Part shown: piece by piece, positions 13,256 through 26,779 of the stretch | Layout: each line of letters starts with the position of its first letter | Position numbering within the stretch: position 1 is the stretch's first letter | Source of the DNA: Octopus sinensis | Taxonomy: Eukaryota | Length of the DNA: 64,000 bases | Reading direction: 5' to 3' | Assembly (NCBI RefSeq): GCF_006345805.1 | Contig: NC_043006.1 | Coordinates: 56,110,001 to 56,174,000 of the forward strand | Notes under the pieces: generated by a model | Database searches by the model: none | Seen by the model: the letters and a program-made list of their open reading frames with translations, nothing else | What the model was told of the DNA's origin: nothing | Position numbers and translations under genes: made by a program

Positions 13256-14114
13256 AGACAGAAAACAATAAGTGGAGAATGAATTAGAAATGACGCCCGG
13301 AGAAAAAATTCCAGACAATTTAAACTTTTATTTATAGCTCGTAAGCTATGAGAGACTGCTAAATGTTATATAAAACTCTTTATGTAATAAAAATATGAAA
13401 AAACAATAAAGCTAAATGTATGTAAAAATGTTGAGAAAAAGAAGTTAGATATTTGTGCCGTGAAATCATTTTGTAGCCTCTCCATTTTGTGGAAGATTTT
13501 GTTTACAGTTGTTTAAAAGCAACATTATGTTGGTAAAATGTATGTGATTATAAAACTCAACAGTAACAAATCTTTATCGCAATATTCAAATGAATATTTA
13601 CAGAACAATGGTGCTTCAGATCGACATCGTCAGAATATGATTTCTACGTTGTATATCATTATGGCCTCTCTTTCCTTCTTTCTCCCTCTCTTTCTCTCTT
13701 TCTCAACCTCTCTTACTTTCTTTGTCGGCCTGTGAATTTTAGATTCCTATTTTCCTTGAGTGCATTCAGAAGAAGATCCACTCCTCGCATAGTTATGCAT
13801 TGTCTATTGGAATATGACCTTTTCATTTTCTTTCTACTTCATTGCCTCTCTCTCAATTTCACCCTTCTCACACCTGTAAACAAGTTCACACACGCACGCA
13901 TGAAAGTATACGCACAAATAAGCTCATACACATATACACAGTGTCGCCCACACAAAATATACGCCTAAACTTATACGAGTGCTTGAAAACATATATATGC
14001 ACACATACATATGTACGATATACAGACGTACATTATTTACAGTACATACATACAATACACGTCCCTCCCCACATAAACACGCATGCACAAACTCACACAC
14101 AGAAATATATATAT

Positions 14115-14206
14115 ACGTGTTTAAACATATATGTATTGGCTGCGACAGGTGAAGCAGTGGATACAGTGCCGGGAGACGTGAAAGAGTTAGAGCGATCCGA
14201 AAACAG
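14115..14206 (+). promoter_or_regulatory. Putative promoter and non-coding first exon of esterase copy B
   Basis: Block paralogous to 33335-33418; both end in a donor (aaacag|gtattt, agcaag|gtattt); next acceptor tctttcag at 15881-15888. Confidence 0.45.
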
Positions 14207-15918
14207 GTATTTATATTTTTACATACTTTTCGATTTGTCTGGGGCATTCTTTCTCTGTACACACGCACATATTCGAACATACACGCGCGCTCTCGTACAT
14301 ATATACGTATATATATACGTATTTGTATCTGTATACATAAAATCTCCGTCGTTTAAGGCTGATCATGGTACTGTAGAATGTTGTCTATAAATACAAGTCG
14401 CCTCTCTCCCTCACATTGATGTTAACACAAAAGAAGCCCAGCTATCTTGGGACGGAAGAATTTTGTTGGAGATGTTAGAATACAAGTTATGATAACGAAA
14501 GTCCAAGATTTCTGCCATTTCTATTCTTGCCATTCCTTACATATCAAAAGGAACATCCCATAGAGCTTGCCATGATGTATCTGTATTATTGTGATTGACC
14601 CAGAATACGACAAATGCGACTCAATGTAGTAAAGGTAGATGAAATGCTGCTCAGCATTTCACCCGGCGTGCTAACGATTCTACTTGTTCATCGGCCTCGT
14701 ATTCATTATATATTTATCTATTATATTCACCTAAAAGAATATTGAAATTCAATAGTCACCATATATCGTACTTAATGTTAGTGTAACGTAGAATAGAAAT
14801 TTACAGCGTTAGTTGTCATAGGTAACATATATAATGGATGTGTTGTGTATAAAATCACAATATATGTAATGAAAGGAGATGAAACTTGTTTCAGCAGTGG
14901 TTAGTAAGAACACCAGATGCATTTCAGCCTCATTGAACCATATCAATGATGTGTACATACAGACAGTAACATGCTTAGACAATGCTTGTCGCCTCCGATA
15001 TGAAGAAAATGGTGCATAAATGTTCACTTGTACTTCGATTAGTTGCCCGCCGGAATGATAACCCATTATATGCAATAGAAATAATATTAAATCAAAATAA
15101 CCCTCTATGTATCATACATAATATAAATATAGAGTTGAAGGGAAAATAACAGCGCTATTCTTCCCACAAATAGTATGTATTATATATGTGTTGTGTTTGA
15201 AACACAATGTATATCGTAAAGAGACAAAAATCATATGTGCAGTGTGTAGCAAGTACGCCAGATTCGGGCGCCTATACTTATGCTAACGAATATTTATTGC
15301 TTGTTTCCAGTATATCATGTGCACAAATCTCGTCTGCGTATTTGACAGTCAGTGAGCAAAGGCCACTAAGGCCGATACGTACGCATGTATGCATGTATGT
15401 AAGCATGCATGCGATTACGTATGGATGTAGGCTTTTACGGCCTCTCTCTATTTATTAAGTGACTGTTTTTACCGGTTCGAACCAATTTATAGTTAGGCAT
15501 CATCGCACAACATACTGAGGCACATTATATTTGATTACACCGTCAGAGGCCACGTTCACAATGGGCAATCGTGTGAACCATATAGTTATTGTTCTTCTGC
15601 GTCACTTGTGGTGATCGCCAACTTCTCGCTCATATCTATGATTGGTAGTAATGCATTAACACGCAAAGGCAAACACGCACACACACATACACTCATACAC
15701 ACACATATACTCACACATACACAAAAGGTAAATAAATAAATAGATGTAACTTTACACAGCAAAACATATTATATGTTCTACTATGATATATTGTGGCATT
15801 AGAAGATAAGAGAAAATTAATTAAATTATTTTGCCTCTAGACTCATTCAAATATGTTCTTTCAATAATATTCTTTTTCTTTCTTTCAGAATTCCGCCAAC
15901 ATTTTACCCATTCGTATC

Positions 15919-17408
15919 ATGGAAGGTCTGAAATATATTTTAATAATTTCTCTATTAAAAACTCTTGTCCATGCAGAAGACCCGATAATTGAAACTACCA
16001 GCGGAAAGATTAATGGATCAACAGTTGTAGTTCAGAATGTTGAGCTTGATGTATTTCTTGGAATACCATTTGCGAAACCTCCTGTTGGTAATCTAAGATT
16101 TAGAAGACCTGAAAAAATTGAACGGTGGAGTGGTATAAAAGAAACGAAGGAACATGTTGCGGCGTGTGCACAACATGTTAGTGATATGTTTGATGACATT
16201 CCAGGTGCAGATCTGTGGAAAATAAAAGCTGATATAAAAGAAGACTGTCTTTATTTAAACATTTGGACGCCAACAGAAGCGCGGAAGTCCCGTTCAAACT
16301 TAACTACGATGATTTGGATATATGGAGGTGGATTTACATCTGGATCAAGCACGATGGACATGTATGATGGAAGATGGTTAGCTGCCAGTCAAAATATTAT
16401 TGTTGCATCATTGAATTACAGAGTAGGGCCCTTTGGTTTCCTTTCCTTAAATGACGAGCGCGCTCCAGGTAATATGGGACTGCTTGATCAAAACCTCGCT
16501 ATAAAGTGGATTCGCGATAATATTGCATCATTCGGCGGAGACCCTGATAAACTGACACTATTTGGAGAAAGTGCTGGTGCAGTATCTGTTAGTATGCATG
16601 TTATTTCACCAATGTCTCGGAATCTTTTCAGGAATGCTATTATAATGAGTGGGACATATAACGCTGACTGGGCAATTAGCTCAAAAGAGGGAAATAAGGA
16701 TAGAGCGAAAGAAATGGCTGCTTTCCTGAAATGCCCAACTGAGAGTGATAAGCAGATGCTAGATTGTTTTCTAAATGCCGATGCCAAAAATATATCACTG
16801 GGACAATTTCATAATTTAAACGGCTTCTTCAGTTTTCCTTTTTTCCCCATTATCGATAACTATTTCTTACAGGCGAAGCCAAACAAAGCTCTACAAAATA
16901 AAGCAATTAAAAAAGATGTATTAATAGGTTTTGTTAAAAATGAAGGCAGCCTTTTTCTTCTAACGAGTTTCCCCCAATATTTCCCCTTTCAGGGAACTGT
17001 TCCAATAAACAATTCTATCTCACATAAATTAATGAAAGAAGTGATTGAACCATTACAACTAAATCCTACGCAGCTTGATTCCATCTTTTATGTTTATGGG
17101 TCTAATATCTACTCCTCCTCTGAAACTGAAAAATACAGATACGTACTTGACCAAGTAGCTGGTGATACCATGTTTAAATGTCCTACTATTGAATTTTCCC
17201 GGGAATGGAGTAACCATTCCAATGTTTACATGTATTCTTTTGATTATCGATCAAATGTTTCGCCCCGGCCGGAATGGATCGGTTCCCCACACGGAAGTGA
17301 TATATACTATGTGTTTTCGCGAGCGTTATATACAACGAATTCTTCATCAGAAGATAAGGAAGTATCAGAATTGATGTCAAGTTACTTTGCAAACTTTTCT
17401 AAATCAGG
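15919..17408 (+). CDS. Acetylcholinesterase-like carboxylesterase copy B, main coding exon
   Basis: Signal peptide MEGLKYILIISLLKTLVHA; FLGIPFAKPP; EDCLYLNIW; oxyanion hole WIYGGGF; GESAG; catalytic Glu (KNEG) and His (PHGSD); donor tcagg|gtaag. Confidence 0.95.
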
Positions 17409-17881
17409 GTAAGATTGACTTGTATACGACATTTTGGTTTTCCTTTTAGGCTTTTGCTTTTCTCGCCTTTATCTTGTCCCTTCTAATCTCTATATATCGA
17501 GAGAGGTTAATATATTTATAACTGATACACATGCACAAACGTCATTGTTCACCCAAGCAAAAACGCAAACACACAAACACACAGAATATAGAAATCTAAA
17601 TAATAAAGTTAAGCCTAACCTACAAAGTATGTATGTATCTAACTCCTTCTTTCCCTCACTCTCTCTCTTTCTTCCTTAACATATCCATGTGTGTGTGTAT
17701 GTCATTTTGTATCTGTTTTGTCCAACTTTACCGCTGTTGGTTTGTTTCACTTAAACATAAACTAGCGGTTCAGAAATTTTTCCGACAGAATAAGTATCAA
17801 GCTTCAAAAAAGTAATTCCGTCGATTAAAATTCTGAAGGCTCCTTGTCACTATGGCTGCAGTCTAATAACTGAAACAAATA

Positions 17882-17993
<112 letters not shown>

Positions 17994-18005
17994 ATCTCTC
18001 TCTCT

Positions 18006-18146
<141 letters not shown>

Positions 18147-18156
18147 GTATAGGAAA

Positions 18157-18434
18157 GAATGGAGCTGAACGAAGATTTAACAAATTCCTTTATTTTATTT
18201 TCGACATATATTTCGAAGTCTGCAAAATCCCTAATTCCGAATGAATAAGGAATCCATTATGCAGCTTTCTCTTCAGGAAAATCCAGGAACTTATTTCGCC
18301 AACAAAATGCACAAATTTTTCGATGACAGCTCGAAAAACTTATTCATTCGGAATTAGGGATTTTGCAGACTTCGAAACATATGTCGAAAATAAAATAAAG
18401 GAATTTTGTTAAATCTTCGTTCAGCTCCATTCTC
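18157..18434. repeat. Inverted repeat, ~95-bp arms, ~88-bp spacer (MITE- or PLE-terminus-like)
   Basis: 18157-18250 is the near-perfect reverse complement of 18339-18434; related single arm near 8440-8510. Confidence 0.85.
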
Positions 18435-18445
18435 TCTAACACAGA

Positions 18446-18863
18446 TAGAGAAATTAAGGCCAACAGACCAGATATAGTTGTCAGAGATCATGAAGAAAAA
18501 AATGCTTTCTAATTGATGTATCAATACCGGCAGATGACAACGTGTCTCTAAAAGAAATGGAGAAACTTTCAAAATACAAAGACCTGGAAATAGAGGTAAC
18601 CAGAATGTGGAATCTAAAAACAGAAACTATTCCTATCATTAGGCATGATAAAAAGATATTCAGACAAATACATAACAAAAACACCAGGACTTACAAACAC
18701 ATATAACATACAGAAAATTTCACTACTAGGCACTGCACACATCCTACGCAGAACACTTTCCATACAATAACCATCAGAGCATCACAACAAATCACAGCCA
18801 TACCCAAGGCACACAGAGCTGCGCTCGGTAGTGAAGTGAAAGCACGCTATAAAAATAAAACTA

Positions 18864-18933
<70 letters not shown>

Positions 18934-18960
18934 TAATAATAATAATCATATTAATAATAA
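18446..18960 (+). mobile_element. R4/Dong-clade LINE 3' end (restriction-like endonuclease) with (AAT)n tail
   Basis: ANRPDIVVRD..LIDVSIPADDN..EKLSKYKDLEIE..LLGTAHILRRTL*, followed by (AAT)n. Confidence 0.85.
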
Positions 18961-19394
18961 TCTGATTTGGAAAATAAGTATCTTGGCACACCCCTTTTTG
19001 ATTCATTTGCCCTACTTCCTGCCTCGATTAACGACTTTAACGATTTCTAGGAATAACATTGCATGTTGGTCCAATTAAAGCCAGAGAATCCACCCCAACT
19101 ACATCCAGAGCAAGAGATATCTCCACTTCCTCGGTGCAGAGGCTGTCACCCAGCTAATATCTATAGCAGTGTAAGCAATACTGAGATCGCACTATGAAAG
19201 CCTCTCCTTCAAATGTTACCTTGTTTTGACTATGCTGAGTAAATGACTAGTAAATGTGACCGTAGCCAAATTTTGGACACGCAATATGAAGGCCCTTAAA
19301 GGTCTACTGCACAACAAATTGCCTGGCGTCCTATTCTAGCAATACATTTATTTTCATTTACCTAAAATAGTACCACTCTTTTTCTTTTCTCTAG

Positions 19395-19579
19395 TAATCC
19401 TAATAATGGTGACTGTGTTGACTGCTCCAATGAACCATGGTCGAAATTCACACAACAAAGCCAGAAATATTTTGCGATTGACAAGAAACCAACGATGAAG
19501 AATAAGGACACGTCTATGTACAGTGTATGCGATTTTTGGTCAGATCTTCTCCCTAAATTAAAAGAACCTTCTAGTCCAG
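19395..19579 (+). CDS. Esterase copy B, second coding exon
   Basis: tctctag|t acceptor completes Gly; GNPNNGDCVDCSNEPWSKF..KYFAID..VCDFWSDLLPKL; 185 bp like the copy D exon; donor ccag|gtaac. Confidence 0.92.
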
Positions 19580-19659
19580 GTAACTTTCCTATGTTTCCTT
19601 CAATAAATTTCTGTGCTGTCGTTACCATATGTCCACAGGTCTATACACATATATGAATG

Positions 19660-19783
<124 letters not shown>

Positions 19784-19789
19784 CTGTCC

Positions 19790-19840
<51 letters not shown>

Positions 19841-21779
19841 CATCTATCTCTCTCTCTATATATATATATACTTATGCATACATACTCGTATATACTCTCG
19901 CATGTGGTTCTCTATCCCACTCTCCTCTCTCTCTCTCTATCTAATATATATATATTATATATATATATATTATATATATATATATTAACCGGTGTTGTTC
20001 AACCGATGAATAGATTGCGTAAACCATTGGTTTGTTTTGTTTTCTTACTTTATTATCATCTCATAATAATGACTTTTATGACTCGTATTACTACCTCAGT
20101 CAATCTAAATGTATATATTTGCCGTTACCTGTCATAAATAGCCTTTTTTTATTTGCAATATGCATTTTCGTTGATTTTGCATATTTTACCCTTACATTTC
20201 CACGTGTATTTTATATTTTCTTTTCGTAACATATTTCTACTATATATATATACACTTCATTATTAAAGTTGCAAAAACACTACAAAAATATCACGAAAAA
20301 CTATTTCTCAGTGTTTCACGTTCCCGTGATTGAGAACGGAATAAAAATTGGGGTTGTATGTACAATGTATGTTTTGATAGAATTCACGTTGACACGTACA
20401 CTTTTCATTTTTTTGGTTGTTTCCACTAACGGTCTTTCAGAAATATCCAAGCTGAGAGAGTAAATATACGAACAGAAAATAATAATAAAATGAAAATAAA
20501 AATTACGGAGATGTACTTGCATAGCAAGTGACCTGATCTGACATCGTGTGCTGGAACGAAAAGAATTGCAGCAGGGAAGGTGTTTATAAGCCATTTAAGA
20601 AACACACAAAAACCGTTAGATTCACTTCGACATTTAAATTTAATTTGTCAAAATATTTTCCTCGCTTTGAAACAGCGACCTATTCAATGACAAACTTCCG
20701 TGCTGCATCTGAAAATAAGAATATAATCACATAAGTATCGTTTTCTATAAAATCGAAGAAAATACTGAGTTAAAAAAATCTTGAATCAAAAAGAAATTTT
20801 GAGTTAGAAAGAAATTATAGATGCCCAGAATAAATTAATTAATGGTAAATAAATAAATCATTAATGAATATCAATATAAGTTTGCTTTAAAAAATTTACT
20901 CATATCTTTTTACATATGCACCTCATACACACATACATAGATTGGAGCTTATGCATATACATATATGTACATATATACATTCATACATTACATAAATTGA
21001 CACATTCACAAAGAAATACCCATATATATATATATTTTTTTATGTATATATGTATAATATAAATATCATATAAATAAATATAAACATACATATTATATAT
21101 ACATATAAACATATATAATATAAACATATATAACATAAACATATATATAATATAAATATATGAATATATAATAAACATAGAAACATATAAACATATATAA
21201 TAATATAATACATACACATAAACATACATATAATATAATATAAATAACATATAAATATAAACATACATATGTGTACATACCTACTCATATATGTATATAT
21301 ACATGCATATATATATATATATATGGGTGGGGACATCAAAAAAGCCTAGACAAAAATGAGAAACTAGAACATAAAAAACAAAAACATAGAAGACGAACTT
21401 TTTCCGAACGAAAAAACCCCAGAGAAATGAGACATGCAGCATAAAGAACATTCCCTTTATCAGTTGTCCCCTGTTTTATCTACTCCACTTTCGGAAGGTA
21501 AGGACAGGACACGACTTCGTTAAAACAGCTCTTCCCGCAAAGCAAATTATTTGGGATGTTTTGCGAACGGTGAAAGTGGTAACAAAAACAAGATAGTGAG
21601 AACAAAACACTAAAGACAAACGGTGAGGATTGTTAAGCCATGACGATGTGAAGTGGTGAAAGCTGGAAAAATGAGCTTTGAGAAGAGACAGATAAAAGCA
21701 CGTCTTGTTTTTGGGGACAACTGATGAAGGGAATGTTATTCATGTTGCATGTCACGTGACACCAGACAAAGCAAGTTCA

Positions 21780-22225
21780 CCGAGAAGCTCATGATAATCA
21801 CCTTGTTTTGAGAAAAAGGGCATCATCTATATCCACTGGTTTTCGTCTTGCCAGACGGTCAACGAGGAGGTTTTGGGAAAGTACAAGTAAAGATATCGTT
21901 GCAAGAGAGTAGAGTACCTACAACAGGACAGTGCAGAATTCCAAAATTCCACCCTGGTAGCAAACTACTTGTCGGAGATGGCCATCAAAACTGTCTTTCA
22001 CACATTCTATGGTGCATATAGCTCCATATGACTTCTTGTTGTCCTCCAAAAAGAAGATGAATGAGGTTGTGCCTTCCGTGAGGTCTTCACCATGTGGCCG
22101 TTGCCATACAAGCACATTGAAGAGAGGGATTCTACTCCAAGGGAGATTAGCATCTTTTGCTTTATTGAAATTGAGAAATGTCTCTCCTGACAAACACTAA
22201 TAACATCTGGAATGTACCTTGCCTG
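21780..22225 (+). mobile_element. Degenerate mariner transposase fragment
   Basis: EKGIIYIHW, QQDSA (HxDNA-like) and IAPYDFLL (YSPDLAPxDF-like) motifs across frameshifts. Confidence 0.6.
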
Positions 22226-22958
22226 AGTACATATATATATATTTAAAGGAAGAGGTAAGAATATTGAGATAAGGAAGTTAATAATTGCCTATTATTAACA
22301 AATTGGTCATCTTCACTTCTTACAGCTGTTTCAATCAATACTCAATAATATAATTACAAATTTTTACATTATATTTACGTTTACGAAATGAATTGACAAG
22401 CCTACAAATAAGATTCAAAGGTACATCTTTTTATTTTCTCTTATGTACATTTAATGAACAAATTTGTAATTTTATCATTGAGTATTAATTGAAACGGGTG
22501 TAAGGAGCGAATATGACCAATTTGTTTATAATAAACAATTATCAACTTCTTTATATTCATTTTTTTCTTTCAAATGTATTTAAACTATATGCTTAATTTA
22601 TACCTATTGCTGTAAAGGAATTTAATTTCCCAAAATACTAGGTTTTGGACTAATATTTCCTTGGATGCAACCATTCCTTCACCAGGTTAACATATCCTCT
22701 AATAGATTTATATATATATATATATATATGAGATCCAGAAATCGAGGTGTAGCAAGAAAGTTAGTTTCAAGCAATCCGCAGTAAATATAAAAATAACTTT
22801 CAGGGGTTATAATGGTTTATTGCGACGGAAAGTTGTGGATCTTTTTCGTGTACGATAAACTGAAAAAAAGTTATTTTTATATTTCACAGTAGGCGACCAG
22901 GGTTGCCGGGTATGCGAATAAGAGTACCATAGTCAAGGAATGGAGTAGATAAGATCCG

Positions 22959-23044
22959 GGCTACATATGTTTCATGGCGAGCGGAACCTCGGAAATATTA
23001 AATATCCAAACGAGAGGTGTATACCGCAGACTACTCTTCAGGCC
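22959..23044 (-). ncRNA. Hammerhead ribozyme motif with long imperfect stem II
   Basis: Minus strand ggc-CTGAAGA-gtag..ccat-GAAAC-atat-GTA-gcc; stem III ACAUAUGU palindromic. Confidence 0.55.
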
Positions 23045-23454
23045 AAAGATATTTTGATTAAATGAAAGTTTACATTGTGGAAAAGAGGCACATTTTTACA
23101 CATGGGAGATTGAATCAGAATGTGTCGAGAGCCCAGGTTCACTCTCCATTGAGTGGTTCTTTTGAAGATAGTCAATAAACACAATGGCTTTTACTTCCTC
23201 CAAAACTGAGGTCATCACATTCACTGCAGTTGAAACGACAATAGTCTTGTTTGGAGGAGGTGCAGAGAGACGTTTCCACTGTATGGATTATATCTTTCAG
23301 ACGGTGTGACAGGCCTGGATGAGGGAGACACAGAATCTGTTCTATCGACCATGTACAGAGATATCATATATTTCAAATACATACAATAATTATTTGCTAT
23401 AATTACAATATGATACAATTAAAGGTGATTATTTTATTCCATTGTATTTTTCAG

Positions 23455-23558
23455 TACCAAGTGGATCACAGAATATTTGGACTTTTCAAGGAAGAATACT
23501 AACCACTTTCAGTTCCATTTTCTTCTCTTTGGTGTTGTTCTGGAACATTTTGTGTTGA
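23455..23558 (+). CDS. Esterase copy B, terminal exon encoding a GPI-signal-like tail
   Basis: tttttcag|ta phase 1 joins the upstream exon; (V)PSGSQNIWTFQGRILTTFSSIFFSLVLFWNILC*; total CDS 1779 nt = 592 aa; AATAAA at 23631-23636. Confidence 0.8.
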
Positions 23559-23597
23559 TGCTACTTCAGTTAATTACATCAGTCAATTATGATCTGA

Positions 23598-23741
23598 TTA
23601 CAGGGCTTAGAAAAGCTCAAGGACAGAAGCAATAAATGTCTGTATCTGTGAGGGGGATATGTTGAATAAAATCATAATTAACTGATCATCCGTCGTATAT
23701 TATTTTTACACAAAGCAGCAACTCTTCAGCACACCCTCGTA
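23598..23741 (+). mobile_element. Mariner 3' end (transposase C-terminus plus TIR) in the 3' UTR of copy B
   Basis: LQGLEKLKDRSNKCLYL*GGYVE*; ends cttcagcacaccctcgTA, similar to the reverse complement of the TIR tacgagggggtactgaaag at 50138. Confidence 0.65.
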
Positions 23742-24439
23742 TAAATATATATGCGTGTGTGTTTGTGTCTGTGTCTGTGTGCGTGTATGTGTGTGTGCGT
23801 GCCTCTCTGTATATATATTTATAAATATATACATGTATATGTGTATGCATTTGCGTTTGTATTTGTCCACACAACTCATAACAACTGATATTGTTCTGGA
23901 ACTTTTTGTTTAAATCCTACTTTGGTGACTTGCGTCAGTCAATTACGATCTGTTTAATAACTTCATTTTGTGATATCTTATATTTTGTATATATTAATTC
24001 AAATATGTACAACATACATACATACATACATGCATACATACATACATACTTACATACATACATACATACTTACATACATACATACATAAATACTTGTGTG
24101 TGTGAATTTATTATATCTATATATATATATGTGTGTGTGCGTGTGTCTGTGTATATATATATTTGTAGGCTTGTCATATATATAAATATATATCTACATA
24201 TGTGTATATATGTGTGCATATATGATGACTGCTTCATCTTGACAGATGATAGCCGTCTCATCAACACGCACAAAACACCCCAACACACAGCACAATCCCT
24301 CCGTTGATGAACGCTTAGATGACTTTTAAGAGCAACTGCTCACTGACAGGGTTTAAAACATAAGTGACGAATTTTCTTTTCTTCTACAGCTATGTCTTTG
24401 GCCTTGTTGAATATTAATATAGATTCACAATAGCCATTG

Positions 24440-25323
<884 letters not shown>

Positions 25324-26343
25324 TAACTGACTCTATTTGGACAAAGTGCTGGTGCAATATCTATAAGCATGCATGTTATTTCACCAATGTCTCGGAAACT
25401 TTTCAGTAATGCTATTATAATGAGTGGGACATTCAACTCTGGCTTGGCAATTAAGTCAAAAAAGGTAAATATTGACAGAGCCAAAGAAATGGCTGCTTTC
25501 CTGAAATGTCCAACTGAGAACGATGAGCATATGTTAAATTGCTTTCTAAAAGCCGATGCTAAATATATGACAAAAGGACAAATTCATAATTCAAAGGAAT
25601 TCATACAAATTCCTTTTTCTCCTATTGTTGATAACTATTTCTTACAGAAGCCAAACGAAATTCTGCAAAAAGAAACAATTAAAAAAGATGTGCTAATAGG
25701 TTTTGTTAAAAATGAAAGCAGTCTTTTTCTTCTTGATTTCCCCAAATATTTCACCGTTAACGGAACCGTTCCAATAAACTATTGTATTGCACATAAATTT
25801 ATGAAAAATCTTATTGAACCAGTACAATTAAATTCTGAGCAGCTTGATTCCATCTTTCATGTTTATGGTTCTCATGCCCATTTCTCTTCTGAAACTGAAA
25901 AATACAGATACGTACTAAGCCAAGTAGCTGGCGATACCTTGTTTAAATGTCCTGCTATTAATTTCTCCCGAGTATTGAGTACCCATTCCAATGTTTACAT
26001 GTATTCTTTTGAGTATCGATCAAATTTTACACCCTGGCCGGAATGGATGGGTGTATTACACGGCAATGATATATTCTATGTGTTTTCGCACGCGTTATCT
26101 GGAAAAAACTTTTCATTAGACGACAAATGAATGTCAAAAATGATGTCAAGTTATTTTGCAAACTTTTCCAAATCAGGGTAAGATTGATTTTATCGAACAT
26201 TTTGTTTTCTATTTTATTCTATCTCTAATAATCTCTATATATCAAGAATGCTTAGCATATCTGTTATCGTCGCATTTACAAAAATGCCATTGTTCATCCA
26301 ATCAAAAATGCACAGAAAAAGAAAACCTAAATAATAACCCACA

Positions 26344-26420
<77 letters not shown>

Positions 26421-26543
26421 GCTGTCAACACCCGTTAAAAGGAGGACTGGGCATGCCGTTGATGATGCGCAGACACGCGCTGAGATTGTTCATCCAATCA
26501 AAAATGCACAGAAAAAGAAAACTTAAATAATAACCCACAATCC

Positions 26544-26624
<81 letters not shown>

Positions 26625-26626
<2 letters not shown>

Positions 26627-26779
26627 CGATCGGTGATTCGGGTGAACGGCCACCTGTCGAAACCATTTGACATCACGCGTTCGGTCCGTCAGAGGTGTCC
26701 CCTGTCGGCGCTTCTGTATGTATTGACTCTCGAGCCGCTACTGCGGAAGCTGGCGACACTGAGGGGCATCTCACGGGAA
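26625..26779 (+). mobile_element. L1/Tx1-like LINE RT fragment
   Basis: IRVNGHLSKPFDITRSVRQRCPLSALLYVLTLEPLL. Confidence 0.75.

Noticed and set aside
20441-20463. Alternative last exon EISKLRE* for copy B (and ETKNLANS..QV* at 48958 for copy D)
   Set aside because: Acceptor-like sites but not homologous between paralogs; cannot be supported without transcripts
21713-21760. CTGATGAAGGG as a hammerhead
   Set aside because: No downstream GAAA or stem III; kept only as an inverted-repeat arm
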